Shown here: positions 1-20,791 of the stretch, one piece after another
Layout: each line of letters starts with the position of its first letter
Position numbering within the stretch: position 1 is the stretch's first letter
Source: the human T2T-CHM13v2.0 reference genome, Homo sapiens
Assembly: GCF_009914755.1 (NCBI RefSeq)
Contig: NC_060925.1
DNA length: 64,000 bases
Direction: 5' to 3' (one strand)
Made by a program: the position numbers and the translations under genes
The notes under the pieces: model-generated
The model's database searches: none
What the model saw: the letters and a program-made list of their open reading frames with translations, nothing else
What the model was told of the DNA's origin: nothing

Positions 1-329
1 TGATCATTTACAAATCAACTGTACCATCAAAGAATAATGGTATGCCAGAAAGCATTATGCCACAGGATCTGAAAGCAATTCCAAAAGTCTTTCAAAAATA
101 TTTGAAAAGACAGGCAACATTAGAATAAGTAGGTAGCCTCCCAAGGTGACAGATTTGAAGGTATCATCATTAAATATGTAACTTTAGATTTGTTTGCTTA
201 AAAAAAGCTATCACGTTACCGCATAGTAATTTGTCATATAGTTATAAGTGATATGAAGTAATTATACTATTTGACAGAAATAATGGGAGGGTCATTTAAA
301 TTACTGAATCCAAAAGCATCTATAGGTTT

Positions 330-570
330 AAGCACTGATAATAACACATTAACATTTATACAGCAACTACTATGCACAAGATGCTATTCTAAGCACTTTA
401 TACATATTAATTTAATCCTCACAAAAATCCTTCGAGATATTTCCCCCATTTTATATAAGAAGAGACTGGTATACAGAGAGATTGAGTGACTTTGCCCTTA
501 GCTTAGTAATTGGCAAAGTTGGGATTTAAACCCAGTCTAGCTCCAAGATCTATGCTCTTAACTGCTACGC
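330..570. mobile_element. MIR SINE fragment
   Basis: ctaagcactttatacatattaatttaatcctcacaa...ccccattttata...gggatttaaacccag MIR core pattern. Confidence 0.7.
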
Positions 571-644
571 TAGCTTCTCACTGGCAATACCACAGGTAGA
601 ATTTGGGTAATGTTTGGATGTAGTATTCAGTATTTTTCATGAGT

Positions 645-719
645 TGGTGACTAATGCCCGATACATAAGAATTTTACCTAAGTGGTGACTAATAGCCTAC
701 ACATAAGAATTTTACCTAA
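645..719. repeat. 38-bp tandem duplication (2 copies)
   Basis: tggtgactaat...acataagaattttacctaa starting at 645 and 683. Confidence 0.85.
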
Positions 720-1132
720 ATATTTTAAATTTTGACAATGCAAAGGTGACGGTATGATTGAAAACAGATGTCATGTGGAAAAAAGCCTCTTTTAGCTATT
801 GCCAATACTAAAGGGAAAGTTTTTTTAAATGTTAAAGATATTATGTTAATCTCTAGAACCTCTTGATTTTATGTTTCAATACTCCTTTACTTTGATGAAT
901 TGTTAGGATTCTCAAATTTATTCTAAAAGTCTTGAATCTTCTTTCTGTGTTTCAAAAACGTCTTTTCATTTTGTCTAAAAGTAATGGAGAAAGTACGGGA
1001 TATGAATATTAGGCTCTCAGAGATTTAAAGACAGCAGAAAGCAGCAGAGAGGAAAAATGAGAGTTTTGTTTTGTGATTCTTAAAGCCCAAACTGAGAATG
1101 ATCATTATATAAGAATTAATTTCTTCTTGTAG

Positions 1133-1288
1133 GAAGACACTACTGTTGGCCCGACAGCTTAAAGACCGAGCTGTAGAAGCACAGTCTTGTTACAGTCTTG
1201 GAAATACATATACTTTACTTCAAGACTATGAAAAGGCCATTGATTATCATCTGAAGCACTTAGCAATTGCTCAAGAGCTGAATGATAG
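1133..1288 (+). CDS. GPSM2: GPSM2 internal coding exon (TPR repeats; KTLLLARQLKDRAVEAQSCYSLGNTYTLLQDYEKAIDYHLKHLAIAQELNDR)
   Basis: ttcttcttgtag acceptor and AG|gtatgt donor; 156 nt; the peptide is recognisable LGN TPR sequence (ORF track 1146..1502). Confidence 0.97.
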
Positions 1289-1522
1289 GTATGTTTTACG
1301 TCTTTTTACCATAACTAAGGTAAAATATAGATGCATTATTGAATCCCTAGAATTTTTCCTTTGTTTCTTTTCCTTTGTTTTCCTTAAAATCCCTTTTAAG
1401 GAATTTTCTTTCAGTGATATCCTCTGTATATCATTGTATGAAGGGCTAGTCTGTGATAGAGGATTAGTCTGGTTCCATATGCCCTTGACCCAAGATCAAT
1501 GACTAGGTCCCAAACTCAATTA

Positions 1523-1746
<224 letters not shown>

Positions 1747-2468
1747 CTAACTACATAAGTGTGGGAATTGTGGTGAACTTAGAGATAATGTCCAGTGTGA
1801 AGGGGGCAACTGCTACCCAACTCCAACTAATTGTTGCCAGCCAGGAATGAAAATCCGTTATGTCCACATCTTCCTGTTTTTTAAAGAGAAGCTGGAAGTG
1901 CTGAGTTTTATATGAAATCTGATTTTTAAATGTTAGTGGCTAATTCAGTTTTTTTGTTTTACTGTATTAAAAAACATTATTTTCCAGCATTTAGTCTGTG
2001 ATGTTTGCTTTAGAAGATCGATTTTGTTTTTACCTCAGTATGAGAGAGAACTTTTCGATGCAGATGTTCAAAATGAAGTATGCTACCTCAAGAGGTAGTG
2101 CGTTCTCTCTCCCTGCTGCTCAAACACACACTGAATAATTACCTGGTAGGGCTGTTATAGAAGGAAAATAGGGTAGTGGACCAGAATACCTATCCTTGAG
2201 ATTTATTACTTTATAATGTATTTCATATTTTAAAAGCATGTTTTCTATGTTGTAATACTTGACTGTGAGTTTAGTATTATGTGGGTATTCTTTTTTTTAA
2301 TCTGGGTATTCTAGTATGTCTATAATATCATGATAGTATGTTATTTATATGAAAGACCAAATCAATCCAAAGCATTCTTTATCCCTTTAGTTCCTGCTAG
2401 ATAGCTTTTATTCTATACATAGGACCTCTTTTCAAATAACTGCATGTTCGCTTTGAATAACGTTTTAG

Positions 2469-2577
2469 AATTGGTGAAGGAAGAGCATGTTGGAGCTTAG
2501 GAAATGCATACACAGCACTAGGAAATCATGATCAAGCAATGCATTTTGCTGAAAAGCACTTGGAAATTTCAAGAGAG
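2469..2577 (+). CDS. GPSM2: GPSM2 coding exon (last TPR; IGEGRACWSLGNAYTALGNHDQAMHFAEKHLEISRE)
   Basis: ttttag acceptor, GAG|gtatga donor; 109 nt; phase matches the previous exon. Confidence 0.96.
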
Positions 2578-2869
2578 GTATGAAACTAAAAAAAATGCTG
2601 TCTGTGCTATTGTAATTTACAAATTAGAGGTTGGGGGAGGGAACCCTATTTCTCTAGATTGATCATGTGGCTGAATAATAAATTTGATTATATATCATTC
2701 TCTTGGCATAAGAACCCCAGAAAGCATTTTGAGGTACAGATCACAGTTATGTTTGTATTGGCTTTCATGTAGGAAGACAGGAAAGTAAGGCCGGGCATGG
2801 GGAAGTGGAAGGAGAGTACTAAAATATGCCCCTACTCTACCCGCATCTCTACATGGAGAAGTAGCATGG

Positions 2870-3090
2870 TATTGAAGGAAAAGCATGGTTCTTAGAATTA
2901 AGGACTGCTTCCTGTTGTAGTTCTGCCACTTACTGGCTATTTGAGCTTGGAAACCTTTTCTGAGCCTCAGTTTCTCTCATCTGCATAATGGGAATAATAA
3001 TATCTACCTTGCAAAGTGTTATAACGATTAGAGCTAATGTATATTAAAAGTGCCTAGCAAAATGTCTGGTGCTGGCTTAATAAACATTAT
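2870..3090. mobile_element. MIR SINE
   Basis: ttctgccacttactggct...tctgagcctcagtttctctcatctgcataatgggaataataa core. Confidence 0.8.
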
Positions 3091-3467
3091 TATTATACTA
3101 TGGGAATAAAATATTCTAAGAAAATTTTATTCATATACCAAGTTAATGTGTCCAGGATAATCTACATTATTACTTAGTATGATTCCAGAGAACAAGAGCA
3201 ATCTAATGTTTAGAGAACTAAAGAATTAAAAGAATACAATTAGCTGTCCTATTGTGATATTTTAGAAGCTTGCTTTTTCTTTCTGTATTCTTTAAGACAA
3301 CTATTAATGGAAAAAAATTTTCATTCATTCATAGTCTCATAATTCTAATATAACTATTTTCATTTCTCTATATTTTCTTCTAGTTTTAGGTTCACTACAT
3401 TTACAAATAATCTTCACCATTCTTTCTCTTTAAATACTACTCTAAAATATAAATGTTTGTGTTGTAG

Positions 3468-3597
3468 GTTGGGGATAAAAGTGGTGAACTAACAGCACGA
3501 CTTAATCTCTCAGACCTTCAAATGGTTCTTGGTCTGAGCTACAGCACAAATAACTCCATAATGTCTGAAAATACTGAAATTGATAGCAGTTTGAATG
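3468..3597 (+). CDS. GPSM2: GPSM2 coding exon (VGDKSGELTARLNLSDLQMVLGLSYSTNNSIMSENTEIDSSLN)
   Basis: ttgtag acceptor, G|gtaagt donor; 130 nt; open in the expected frame. Confidence 0.96.
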
Positions 3598-5086
3598 GTA
3601 AGTAATAGGACTTTTAAAACCCAATTTTTTTATCCTCAATATTTAGATTAAAGTTATTTATCACAAATTTGGCATATTCAGAGAGAATATATAACATGGG
3701 AAGTTCAACTTATTACACTTTTTTGCTGTACACAGCTCTGTTTGTAAATATATATTACAATTATATATTTTGTATATAATATATATATAATTATAATATA
3801 TAATTTATAAGTGTAAAACAATATTTTATAGTTTTTACCATGAACTTAGGAATGGTGATGGTATTGTTCTTTTCTTTTGTAAAAATACATTTAAATTCTC
3901 TATCTCTAAGCTCATTCAAAAATTTGTAAATGTGAAGGTGCCAAAATTTTAAAATGTTATTGTTTATCCTTTTTATCTCATATCGTTTTACGTATCTGTT
4001 TTCTGTTTAGTTCTTTTTCCCCCATTTCATTTCCAAGGTGAATTTTCTTAGGACTTTTTTAAATTCAGAAAATCTAAGATACTCTCTTTATTTTTCTTTC
4101 TTTTTTTTTGGTGGCAAAACCTATCTTTAGGACACCTTCCTTAGGTGCCGATTTGTTTGACATTTCTATAGCGAGGAAATTTGCTATAATGTCTCTTTTT
4201 GAGTGAAAGAAAATCTACTTTTAAAGAAATAAAAGGGATAAGATTAGGATCACATTTTTAAATTTCATCAGTATGTGATTCTATATGAGATCATTTTCCT
4301 AAGCTTGAGAAATTCTCAGTCTAAAAAAAACTACTGACAAATATTTTGAATTTTAAAGTCAGTGATAAATCTACCTTTACTTTTTCCAATTTTTTTCTTT
4401 AAACTCAGGAAAAGAAATTAGTGGCTAGTCATCTGATTTAGATTTTCAAAGAACATTTAGTGAAAAGTTCTGAAGTGTGAACCGTATAATAATTTGTGAC
4501 TGCGTGCTTTGTGGTTGAATGATGGGCTAAGACGTTTTTCTGTGCTGAACTTTCAAATAGGTTATGCCGTTAAGAGCTCTCATCTTTAAAAAGCAAAAAC
4601 AAACAGTCGCTTGTCTTCATAGACCCTTCTAGCTGTAGACCTGTTCCTTTGTTCGCTCTTATAACAAAACCTGAAAAGACACTAATATTCATTGTCTTTA
4701 CTTCCTTGCCTCCCTTTCTCTCTTCAACCCATTCCCGTTGGGCTTTGCCCTCACCATGTCTCTGAGACCTCCATTTTACCAAATATATCATTCAGTTTTC
4801 ACATGTCAGCTTACTTGATTTTTCTCAGCAATATTTCCTATAGCCAATCATTCCCTTCTGAGAAAACTTTCTTCATTTGGCCTCCAGGATTACTCTGCTT
4901 TTCTGGTTTGCCACTCTCGTCTTTATTCTCTTCTCTCCTCTTCTTCATCTTTCCTCTACGTTTGTAGTGCTCAGGGTTCAGTTCTTGGACCTCTTCTTCC
5001 TACCTTCTTTCCCTCCCTATTTTCCATCTCTCTCTCCTTCCTTCTTACTGATTTTATCCTTTTTCCTTCTATTCTGTGCTTTAAGT

Positions 5087-5286
5087 CAGTGCTTCCAATA
5101 GAACTTTTCTGTGATGATAAAAACGTTTTACATCTGCCATCCAATGTAAAAGCCACTAGCTACATGTGGCTGTTGATCACTAGAAATGTGGCTACTACAA
5201 GAGGGAGTGAATTTTTAATATTACTTAACTTTGGTTAATTAAAATGTAGAGAGCCGCATGTGGCTACTGGCTATTGGACAGCACAG
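5087..5286. mobile_element. MER3-like hAT-Charlie element within degraded L2 sequence
   Basis: cagtgcttccaatagaactttt...attggacagcacag terminal inverted repeats and agccactagctacatgtggct motif. Confidence 0.8.
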
Positions 5287-5937
5287 CTCTAGATAATCTC
5301 ATCCAGTTACTTGGCTTTTATATTGTCTATATACTGATTATTTTCAGATTTATATTTCCAGCCAAAATTTCTCTCATGAGTTTGAGACTCATTTGTTTAA
5401 AATTTTCCATTGTCATGCCATATCTAATTGGCATCTAAAACTTAGCATGTCCATAATGTTTTCTCCTAAACATGTTCTTCCTGTACCCCACCCTATCTCA
5501 GGAAATAGTATCACCATTCACTCAACTAATCAGGCCAAAAAACTAGGGGTCATACTTGTTCCCTTTCTACTTTTATTTATTTATTTTATTTTATTTTATT
5601 TTTAAAGACAGAATCTCACTCTGTTGCCCGAGCTGGTCTCGAACTCTTGTCCTCAAGAGATCTTCCCACCTCAGCTTCTCAAGTAGCTGGCCTTGTTCCC
5701 TTTCTTTCACTCACTTCTACATCAAACCTATCAGAAACCTGCCTTCAAAATATATCCCTAATCTCTCCTACAGTGTACTCTGCAACAATCTTAGTATAAG
5801 CTACCGACAGCTCCCAGCAGAGTCCTAGCCTACCAATGATTTCTCTTACTTCGATTCTGCATCTCTCACACTTACTTTTCCACACAGGAGCCAGAGTGCT
5901 TTTTTTTTTTTTTTTTTTCTAAATTAAAAAAATATTT

Positions 5938-6297
5938 TGGCCAGGCACAGTGGCTCACGCCTGTAATCCCCAACACTTCAGGAGGCTGAGGCAGGTGGAT
6001 CACCTGAGGTCAGGAGTTCGAGACCAGCCTGGCCAACATGGCAAAACCCCATCTCTACTAAAAATACAAAAATTAGCCAGGCACAGGGGCACAGACCTGT
6101 AGTCCCAGCTACTCAGGAGGCTGAGGCAGGAGAATCGCTTGAACCTGGGAGGAGGGTTTTGAGATGGAATCTCGCTCTGTCGCCCAGGCTGGAGTGCAGT
6201 GACGGAACTATAGGCACGACCTCCTAGGCTGAAGTGATCCTGCCACCTCAGCCTTTCAAAGTGCTGGGATTACAGGCATGAACCATCATGCCTGGCC
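5938..6297. mobile_element. Composite: 3'-truncated + strand AluS fused to an internally deleted - strand Alu
   Basis: + Alu 5938-6155 abuts ttttgagatggaatctcgctct...cctggcc; cagagtgct occurs on both flanks. Confidence 0.85.
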
Positions 6298-7433
6298 TCA
6301 GAGTGCTCCTTTAGAATATACGTCGTTCCTCTGTTCAAAACCCTTCAGTTAGTTCCCATCACACCTAGAACGGAATCCTCAGTCCTCACCATGGTTGAAA
6401 GGCCCTATGTAATCTGAACCTATCTCTTCAGCCTCTTTTCCTGCCACTCCACCTCTTGCTCACTCTGGCTGTATGAAGACAGGTGTTTTTTGGTCTCTTT
6501 TGTTCATTGCCATCTCCCCAGTGTGAGGAGAAAGGATTTGTAAGAAAACTTGTCTATTTCTGGTGTTGGCTCAAGGTAGAAAAAAGGAGCCTTCGCTAAA
6601 AATCTTAATTCATGAATTCATAAGCCTCCCTACATACTGGTTTGGAATTTGATTTATACCATCTGCACAGTCTAAGAAACCCTAATCCATTAAAGCACTT
6701 TTGGGTTAGAGGTGTTCCTAGAGACTTAGCAGAAGTAAGACCAAATAGTTTCTGGGGGAAAGGCATCCTTGATTCCAGGTCATAAGCGTTTCACAACAAA
6801 AAAATTACCAAATATGTAAAGAAACAAGCCAAGATAGTAAGGAAAAAAATAACAAAATTAGGTCATCAAGTTCTTCAGATGTTAGAATTATCAGATATAG
6901 AAAATAAAATGACTGTGGTTGAACGTTTACAGAAGTAACAAGGAAATGAAAACAAGAGAATAACAAAAATGTTAGGTAGACTGAAAAAAAAAGCTAACAT
7001 TTATTGAGTGCTTATGATATGCCAGGCACTGATTTAAGTGCTTTACATGTTTTAACTCATTTAATTGTAACAATTCTAGTAGTTAAGTTTCTGTTATCCT
7101 TAATTTACAGGTGGGGAAATGGAGGCAAGAGAGGTTAGGTAAATTTCCCAGGGTTACCTGTGTAGTAAGTGGTAGAGATGGGAGTTAAGCTTAGTCACTC
7201 TGGCTCCAGAATCCGTCTTATGTGATAGTTATGTCTTAATGTGATGTTAACACACCTCAATAATTGATAAAAATCAGTCAGGAGTCAGACATCAGTAATA
7301 AAGTTGAGATTTGACCAACACAATTAATAGGCTTCATCTAATGCAATATTTTGCAAACTATGTGTCTGACCCATTCATGAGTTATAAAATGAGTCTTATG
7401 AGTTGCAGTTAGCATTAAAAATACACATACAGG

Positions 7434-8481
<1,048 letters not shown>

Positions 8482-8966
8482 CTACACACGTATGTGTATG
8501 TATGTATATAAAACTGTTGTGTGAAGATTTTGTTGTATGTTTGTGTATGTTCTAGGTATATATGTGTATTTTTTAATATGGGGTCACACCTTAAAAGTGA
8601 AAACCACTGCTTTAATGGAAATATATTGACCTAACTGGTCAATTTCCATTATTTTTAAGTATTCATGAAACATTTACAGAAAACTGACAATAAAGCAAAT
8701 CTCAACAAATTTAAAAGGATTTGTATCACATCTGTATCACACATGCTCTGAGCACGGTGCATTTAATTTAGAAATTAATAAGATAATATATAAAACATTA
8801 ATCTGAAAACATAACATTTCTCAGTAACTTACAGGTTGAGAAAGAAATCTTAAAGTTAGAAAGTAACTTAGGACTGAATTATAAAAATATTGTTTCAATT
8901 TTGTGGCATGTGACTTACATTGGTACTTAGAGCAAAATTTATGTTGTATTTAAAAAGGAAAAAGCT

Positions 8967-12240
<3,274 letters not shown>

Positions 12241-13682
12241 AGGGTGGGGGGGACACGGGGCGGGGGGCAAAAGTGATGAACAGTACACAAATAGCCCATA
12301 AATATATGAGAAGATATTTAACTTCATCTCATCAGCAAACATCACAGTGGAGTACTGGTAGAAACTTATGAGGTAAACAAAAATTACTACCAGTATTCAA
12401 ATGATGCAGGGTAATGGAAACTCTTGTGTGGTATTGATGGGATAGAAATTGGTATACCCTGAAGTACAATCCAGCAACATTCTGGTGAAGTTAAAGATGC
12501 GCCAACTGGATGATCCAGCTGTTTCACTCCTGTTGTGCTCCCAGTTATATACTGCTGATACCCACCAAACTAGAAGAAATGCTTGTTCATGTACACTGAG
12601 AGACGTTTCCAAGAATATCTGTAGTGTGCTTATCATAGCAAAAAAATTGGAAGCAACCCAAATATCTGTCACTAATAAAATGGATGATTTCCTAGTCCAC
12701 TCTACAGTCTGTTATTTTTGAGACTGTGTGGATAGTATAAACCAGTTATTATAAAAAAGCCTTTGCCAAAAACAGCAATGAAAATGAATTAAGGTATACA
12801 TGGCAACTTGGATGAATCTCACAAACATAAGGTTTCTCAAAGATGGTTGCAGAATACATACAGTATGATACCATTTATAAATGTTTCAAAACCAATATAG
12901 CTCTAAAACCAATATAGTTTCAAAAGCAATATAGCACATGCTGTATTGCTAAGAAATACATACATTTGTAATGAAAATGCATAAAAGCGCAGGGAAGACA
13001 AGGGAAATTATGAGGGGAGTTATACAAGGGGAGTTTAATGTGTTTGTAATGTTTCTTTTTTTAAGCTGGGTATTAGGTATTTCTTATGCCTTTTAAAATA
13101 TTGCCTAATATTTTAAAACATTGAATGGATATGGAAATTCTCTGTATTTAATAACTTTATTGAAAAAAGTTTAAGGACTCGTTTACTTGTTTTCTGACTG
13201 GCAGTAAGTCTGTCATCTAATGAGATCTTAAAATAGAAAGGGGTAACCTAGAAAAGAGTAACAGCATAGTAGTGGGGATGCTATTTTGATTCTTTTCACG
13301 CAATTGAAGGCCTACAGCCTTTTCCTTCTGTTATAAGGAATAAACTGCTCTACAGATTGTTATTTTTGAAACTGTGTGGATAGTATAAAACCAGTTGTTA
13401 TAAAATGCCTTTTTCAAATTAAGGGGTAATGTAGTAACCAGTGTTAGTTTCCAACCAAAATGTAACTTCCTTACATCAAAGCATTTTAGAGGGGAATGTA
13501 TATTCTATTTTTGTGTAGCTGGTATAGAAAATTATTATTCTTGGAAGAATACATATTTGTACAGGTTTTCTCGTTTCATATGGGTTTGTGTATCAGATTT
13601 TAGAACTGAATAATGTAATGATGCTGAACTTGTACTCTTAAGGGCTCCCTGGTTTATTTGAATTAATTTTTTTTAAACAAAG

Positions 13683-13753
13683 GTGTACGCCCCAAGTTGG
13701 GACGCCGGCATAGTATGGAAAATATGGAACTTATGAAGTTAACACCAGAAAAG
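13683..13753 (+). CDS. GPSM2: GPSM2 linker exon (GVRPKLGRRHSMENMELMKLTPEK; RRHS phospho-motif)
   Basis: aag acceptor, AAG|gtgggt donor; 71 nt restores phase 0; conserved LGN/Pins linker motif. Confidence 0.95.
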
Positions 13754-14415
13754 GTGGGTGGCAGGTTTTATGTTTTAAATTTCATGAACTATTATAAAAT
13801 GTTTTAGTAATTTTTAATTTAATGAAATAATTTAAATAAGGCTTGCCCTATATAGGTATCACTTTAAAATTTGCCTGTAAAAAAAAAGTCAGAAAAAGTA
13901 TAGTGCAAAAAGAATGAGTACCGTATGCTGCCATCTGTTTAAGAAAAATACATGCATATATTTCCTTTGTAGATTCCTAAAACATTCTGGAATAAGATAT
14001 AAGAAACGGGCTAACAATGATTTCTTCTGGGAAGAGGACTGAGTGTCTGGGTTAGGCTAGAAATACTTTATATACCAGTTTGAACTGTTTGAATCATTTA
14101 CTATGCAAATGTATTACTTTTAATTAATAGAAGATCAGGAAGATCAAAAGGACAAGCTTTTTTCCCCAACTACATAGCAACATTATTGCCAAGATAAATG
14201 AAATTTATGATCAAGAGGAGAGTTGTTTTTCTGGCTGCATTCTTGAAAAGCATTTTTTTTTAACAAGTACTTTGTATTGAAGATACATCTTCCCTAGGCT
14301 TTTTCTTGCAGGAGAGGGGTGCACAGTAAAAGGGAAGGGACTTCATAATTAGAAACAGGTTATTGAAGAAAACATCAAGGCTACTTTTTTCCGTTTCCTT
14401 TGAACTGAATAATTA

Positions 14416-15093
<678 letters not shown>

Positions 15094-15291
15094 TAGCCAC
15101 TGTGGTATATTTTTAAAAATGCTTTTATAAAATACCTTCATTACAGCAACTTTAGAAAATCTGAACACAGAAATCAAGATAATCAGTAATTCTGCCTCCT
15201 GATGGTAACTGCAGTTATTTTGGCATCTATTCATCTGGCATTTTCATATGGATATTATAGACACTATTTTCTAATATGTGGTGATCTATCA

Positions 15292-15417
<126 letters not shown>

Positions 15418-15452
15418 CTATACAAAAAAAAAAAAAAAAGATAGAAAAATTA

Positions 15453-15659
<207 letters not shown>

Positions 15660-16801
15660 CTATCATTATAACAATAACATATGATTTTTCAATAGTGATA
15701 GTTTATGTGTGAATAGTCTTCAAAAAACCAAAATCTAATTGTGTGAGAATCATATCCAAAATATTTTTATTCCAGCCATTCACAGAGTTATTTGGAAACT
15801 CTAGTAATTTTTAAAGGACTTTGTGATTTTCCCAAATGTCCAGCTCTTCTCTGTGAGTGGTTCTCAAATATAAATTTGTTAAATCCACAAATTATTTTTA
15901 AAAGCTTTTAAAAAGGCCATTTTTGTCTACTTTCTTCTTTTAGGAACATACTAATAAGTAGCAAAATTAATTTGCTTTCTTCTGCCTACCTATGTAGTGG
16001 TACTAACAGTGTTATGTAAGAAGCTGACCAGATTCAACCTTGTAATTCTCCAAGAGCCAAGTGATAAAATTCTATCCTTAATGTAAAATATGTTTAAGTG
16101 TAATTAGTTCTTTGTATTGGTTTCTTTTCCTCATAATAAAGCTGTCAAAGAATTCATTATTTCATTATTCTCAACATAGTAAAGAAGCATACATAAGGAA
16201 AAAGGGAGACTTCTAGGTTAAGAGGCTTCCTGGGAGAGTGTGCAGTGGGAGGGAACTTTTGAGACTTGGATGCCTGAACTTGGATATGTGAAAATGTCTT
16301 TACTAACCTCACATTTGATAATTTTGCTGACTTTAGAATTCTTGGTTAGAAATAATTTTTCTTCACAGTTTTTAAGACATTGCTTCGCCCTGTATTCTTG
16401 TTTTCAGTATTGTTGAGAAGTTCAAATAAATATATAAGGAACATTTTTAATTTTTCTTCTTGGGTTTTGGGTGCAGTTTTATGTTCTCACATCAAGGACC
16501 ATTTTCCTTTTCTCTAAACAATAGACCACGAAATCCACTGTAGTAAATAATTTCCCCTTATAACCTGTATGTGAAAAGGAATCGATGGCTTGGTTCACTT
16601 ACTAGCTACATGTTTTAAAAACAGCAACAAGGCCGGGCGCAGTGGCTCACGCCTGTAATCTCAGCACTTTGGGAGGCCGAGGCGGGTGGATCACGAGGTC
16701 AAGAGATCGAGACCATCCTGGCCAACATGGTGAAACCCCGTCTCTACTAAAAATACAAAAAATTAGCCGGGCATGGTGGTGGGCACCTGTAGTCTCAGCT
16801 A

Positions 16802-17075
<274 letters not shown>

Positions 17076-17969
17076 TCAAGCAATCCTTGTGCCTCAGCCT
17101 CCTGAGTAGCTGGGATTACAAGTGTGAGCCACCATCCCTAGCTACATGTCTCACTCCCCTGTACATTTATTTCAATTTGTGTCTCATGGGGCACTTTTCT
17201 GGATTGGTGGAAATGTTCTTTGTATTGATTGGAGTAGGGTTTATATGGCTTCCAATCATAGACTTAAAATCTGTGCATTTGACTGTAATTTTACCTACGA
17301 AAAAATGTGTGTCACTAAAATTATTACATAGCATGAACCTTTAGACTTACTTGTAAACATTTAAGACTGAATGTTAAAGCTGCAAATGTCAGAGCTATTG
17401 TATGTAGTGCATATTTTTCCACTGTACTCAATAAATGTTATTTTGTTATTTGTAGGCTGTCATGTATTTAAACCAGATCTAGACCTTTATAAATTGGTTT
17501 CGCCTATTGAGAATTTAGTATGGTATTAGTAAAAACAGTACCGTTTTATTTTTTAAAATTACTATGTTTTATATATTAATTTTTATGTTTAAAAATTCTA
17601 CATACATCCAAAAATTCCAGTTGTAACAGATTTTTAAGTAACTCACGTCTAGAGTAAAACTTTGGCTCCTTCTCTGACCATTCATATTTTATTTTTACAG
17701 AGTTTTGGTAAACCTTGCTTTCTTATTCGTAGGTTCTTAAAAACCAGCATTTTAATGTTTTGATAATGAGAATCCACAGTATGCATTTGGTACAAGTCTT
17801 GAAAATAGTGCAATATACTAAAAAGGATATTTTTAAAGAGATCTAAAATTCTTCCTCTCTCCCCCAATAGTAAATAAGTGAGTACGTCAGGTTAATATTA
17901 TGGGAAACCAGAAGAGAGCTGGGGATTTGGGGGTGTTTATTCACCTGCCTTCCATTTATAATTTTGTAG

Positions 17970-18146
17970 GTACAGAACTGGAACAGTGAAATTCTTGCTA
18001 AGCAAAAACCTCTTATTGCCAAACCTTCTGCAAAGCTACTCTTTGTCAACAGACTGAAGGGGAAAAAATACAAAACGAATTCCTCCACTAAAGTTCTCCA
18101 AGATGCCAGTAATTCTATTGACCACCGAATTCCAAATTCTCAGAGG
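17970..18146 (+). CDS. GPSM2: GPSM2 linker exon (VQNWNSEILAKQKPLIAKPSAKLLFVNRLKGKKYKTNSSTKVLQDASNSIDHRIPNSQR)
   Basis: ttttgtag acceptor, AGG|gtacgt donor; 177 nt; phase 0-0. Confidence 0.95.
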
Positions 18147-18327
18147 GTACGTTTAAACTAAGTTTTTGAGTATTGTGTTTTGAGTACCGACATTTGGGTT
18201 TTCTTGTATTCATGCTGAATTTTTAGTAATTTAAATTAGACATTTAATATAAAATATCTTTGTATTCATATTTCCCTATCTTTTCTATCTTCTTCAAAAT
18301 TAGAAATGGTAATTACTGTCTTAGTAG

Positions 18328-18734
<407 letters not shown>

Positions 18735-19358
18735 TAAAACCACCCTCTACTCAGCTCAGAAGGCAGAACAAATTAAATTCAGATGCTCAAGGATTTCTAA
18801 ATATTAATTTAGAATGAAAAGTGTCTGTTAGCATCTACTTGTATTAATCACATTATTGAAACTACAATGATAGAATTACAAACTTTTGATGAAAAATGAG
18901 CCTGGGCAACATGGTGAAACTCTGTCTCTACCAAAAAATAAAAAGTTAGCCAGGTATGGTGGTATATGCCTATGGTCCCAGAGCCTAGGAGGTGGAGGTT
19001 GCAGTGAGCTGAGATCATGCCACTACACTCCAGCCTGGGCAACAGAGCAAGACCCTGTCTCAAAAAAAAGAGAAAAATGATCATAACAATCAGTTTATTT
19101 AATTTATTTAGAAATAAAAATACCGTGGGTTTACTGATAATCAGTATCAGGGAAATCTCGAATCCAGCTACCCCATAATCTGGTAAAAGGATCAAAGTAC
19201 ATTACAAAGAAGGTACTTCATATTATCAAATCCATTTATCTGCCGGGTGCAGTGGCTCATGCCTGTAATCCCAGCACTTTGGGAGGCAAAGGTGGGTAGA
19301 TCTCCTGAATTTAGGAGTTTGAAATCAGCCTAGCCAATGTGGTAAAACCCTGTCTCTA

Positions 19359-19559
<201 letters not shown>

Positions 19560-19624
19560 TCATACCTGTAATCCCAGCACTTCGGGAGGCCAAGGCAGGC
19601 GGATCACTTGAAGTCAGGAGTTCA

Positions 19625-19993
<369 letters not shown>

Positions 19994-20557
19994 TTATAGA
20001 ATGCCTCGATTTTTATCAGTGGTTTCTTACATAGCTTTTCTGGGGTAGCTATGACTAATAAAAGGAAAAATTATGGGGTATATAGAAATTCAGGGATATT
20101 TTTGTAGGTCTAGAGCAGGACTGGAATTCAAGGAAGCCATGCCTTTGTTCAAGGTTTGGGGTCTTAACTAAGCTCACTTAGCTCAACTGAAAATGCCCAT
20201 ACTTTAGGAGCCATATGTGTTTTCACATTCAGAGTTTTGAATTCTAGGCTTTTTTGCCCCTAGGAAAAAGTCTTTTGTTGGTAATTAACACATTTGACTG
20301 TAGCTTATGTATGTATCATTCCCAAATCTCAAATTCAACACGTTAAAAACGTCTCTCAGTCACTCCTGTTTTCCTTATCCCAGTTAAAGGGATACCATTT
20401 ACTCTGTCCCTAAGCCAGGAACCCCGGTGTCATGCAAGATACCCTCTTTCACTAACCACATCAAATCCACTGTGTCCCTCAGATCTGCTCTCACCCTCAC
20501 CCCTTTCCAAAAATATCTGCTACCCCAGCACATTGGGAGGCCAAAGCAGACAGGTCA

Positions 20558-20791
<234 letters not shown>

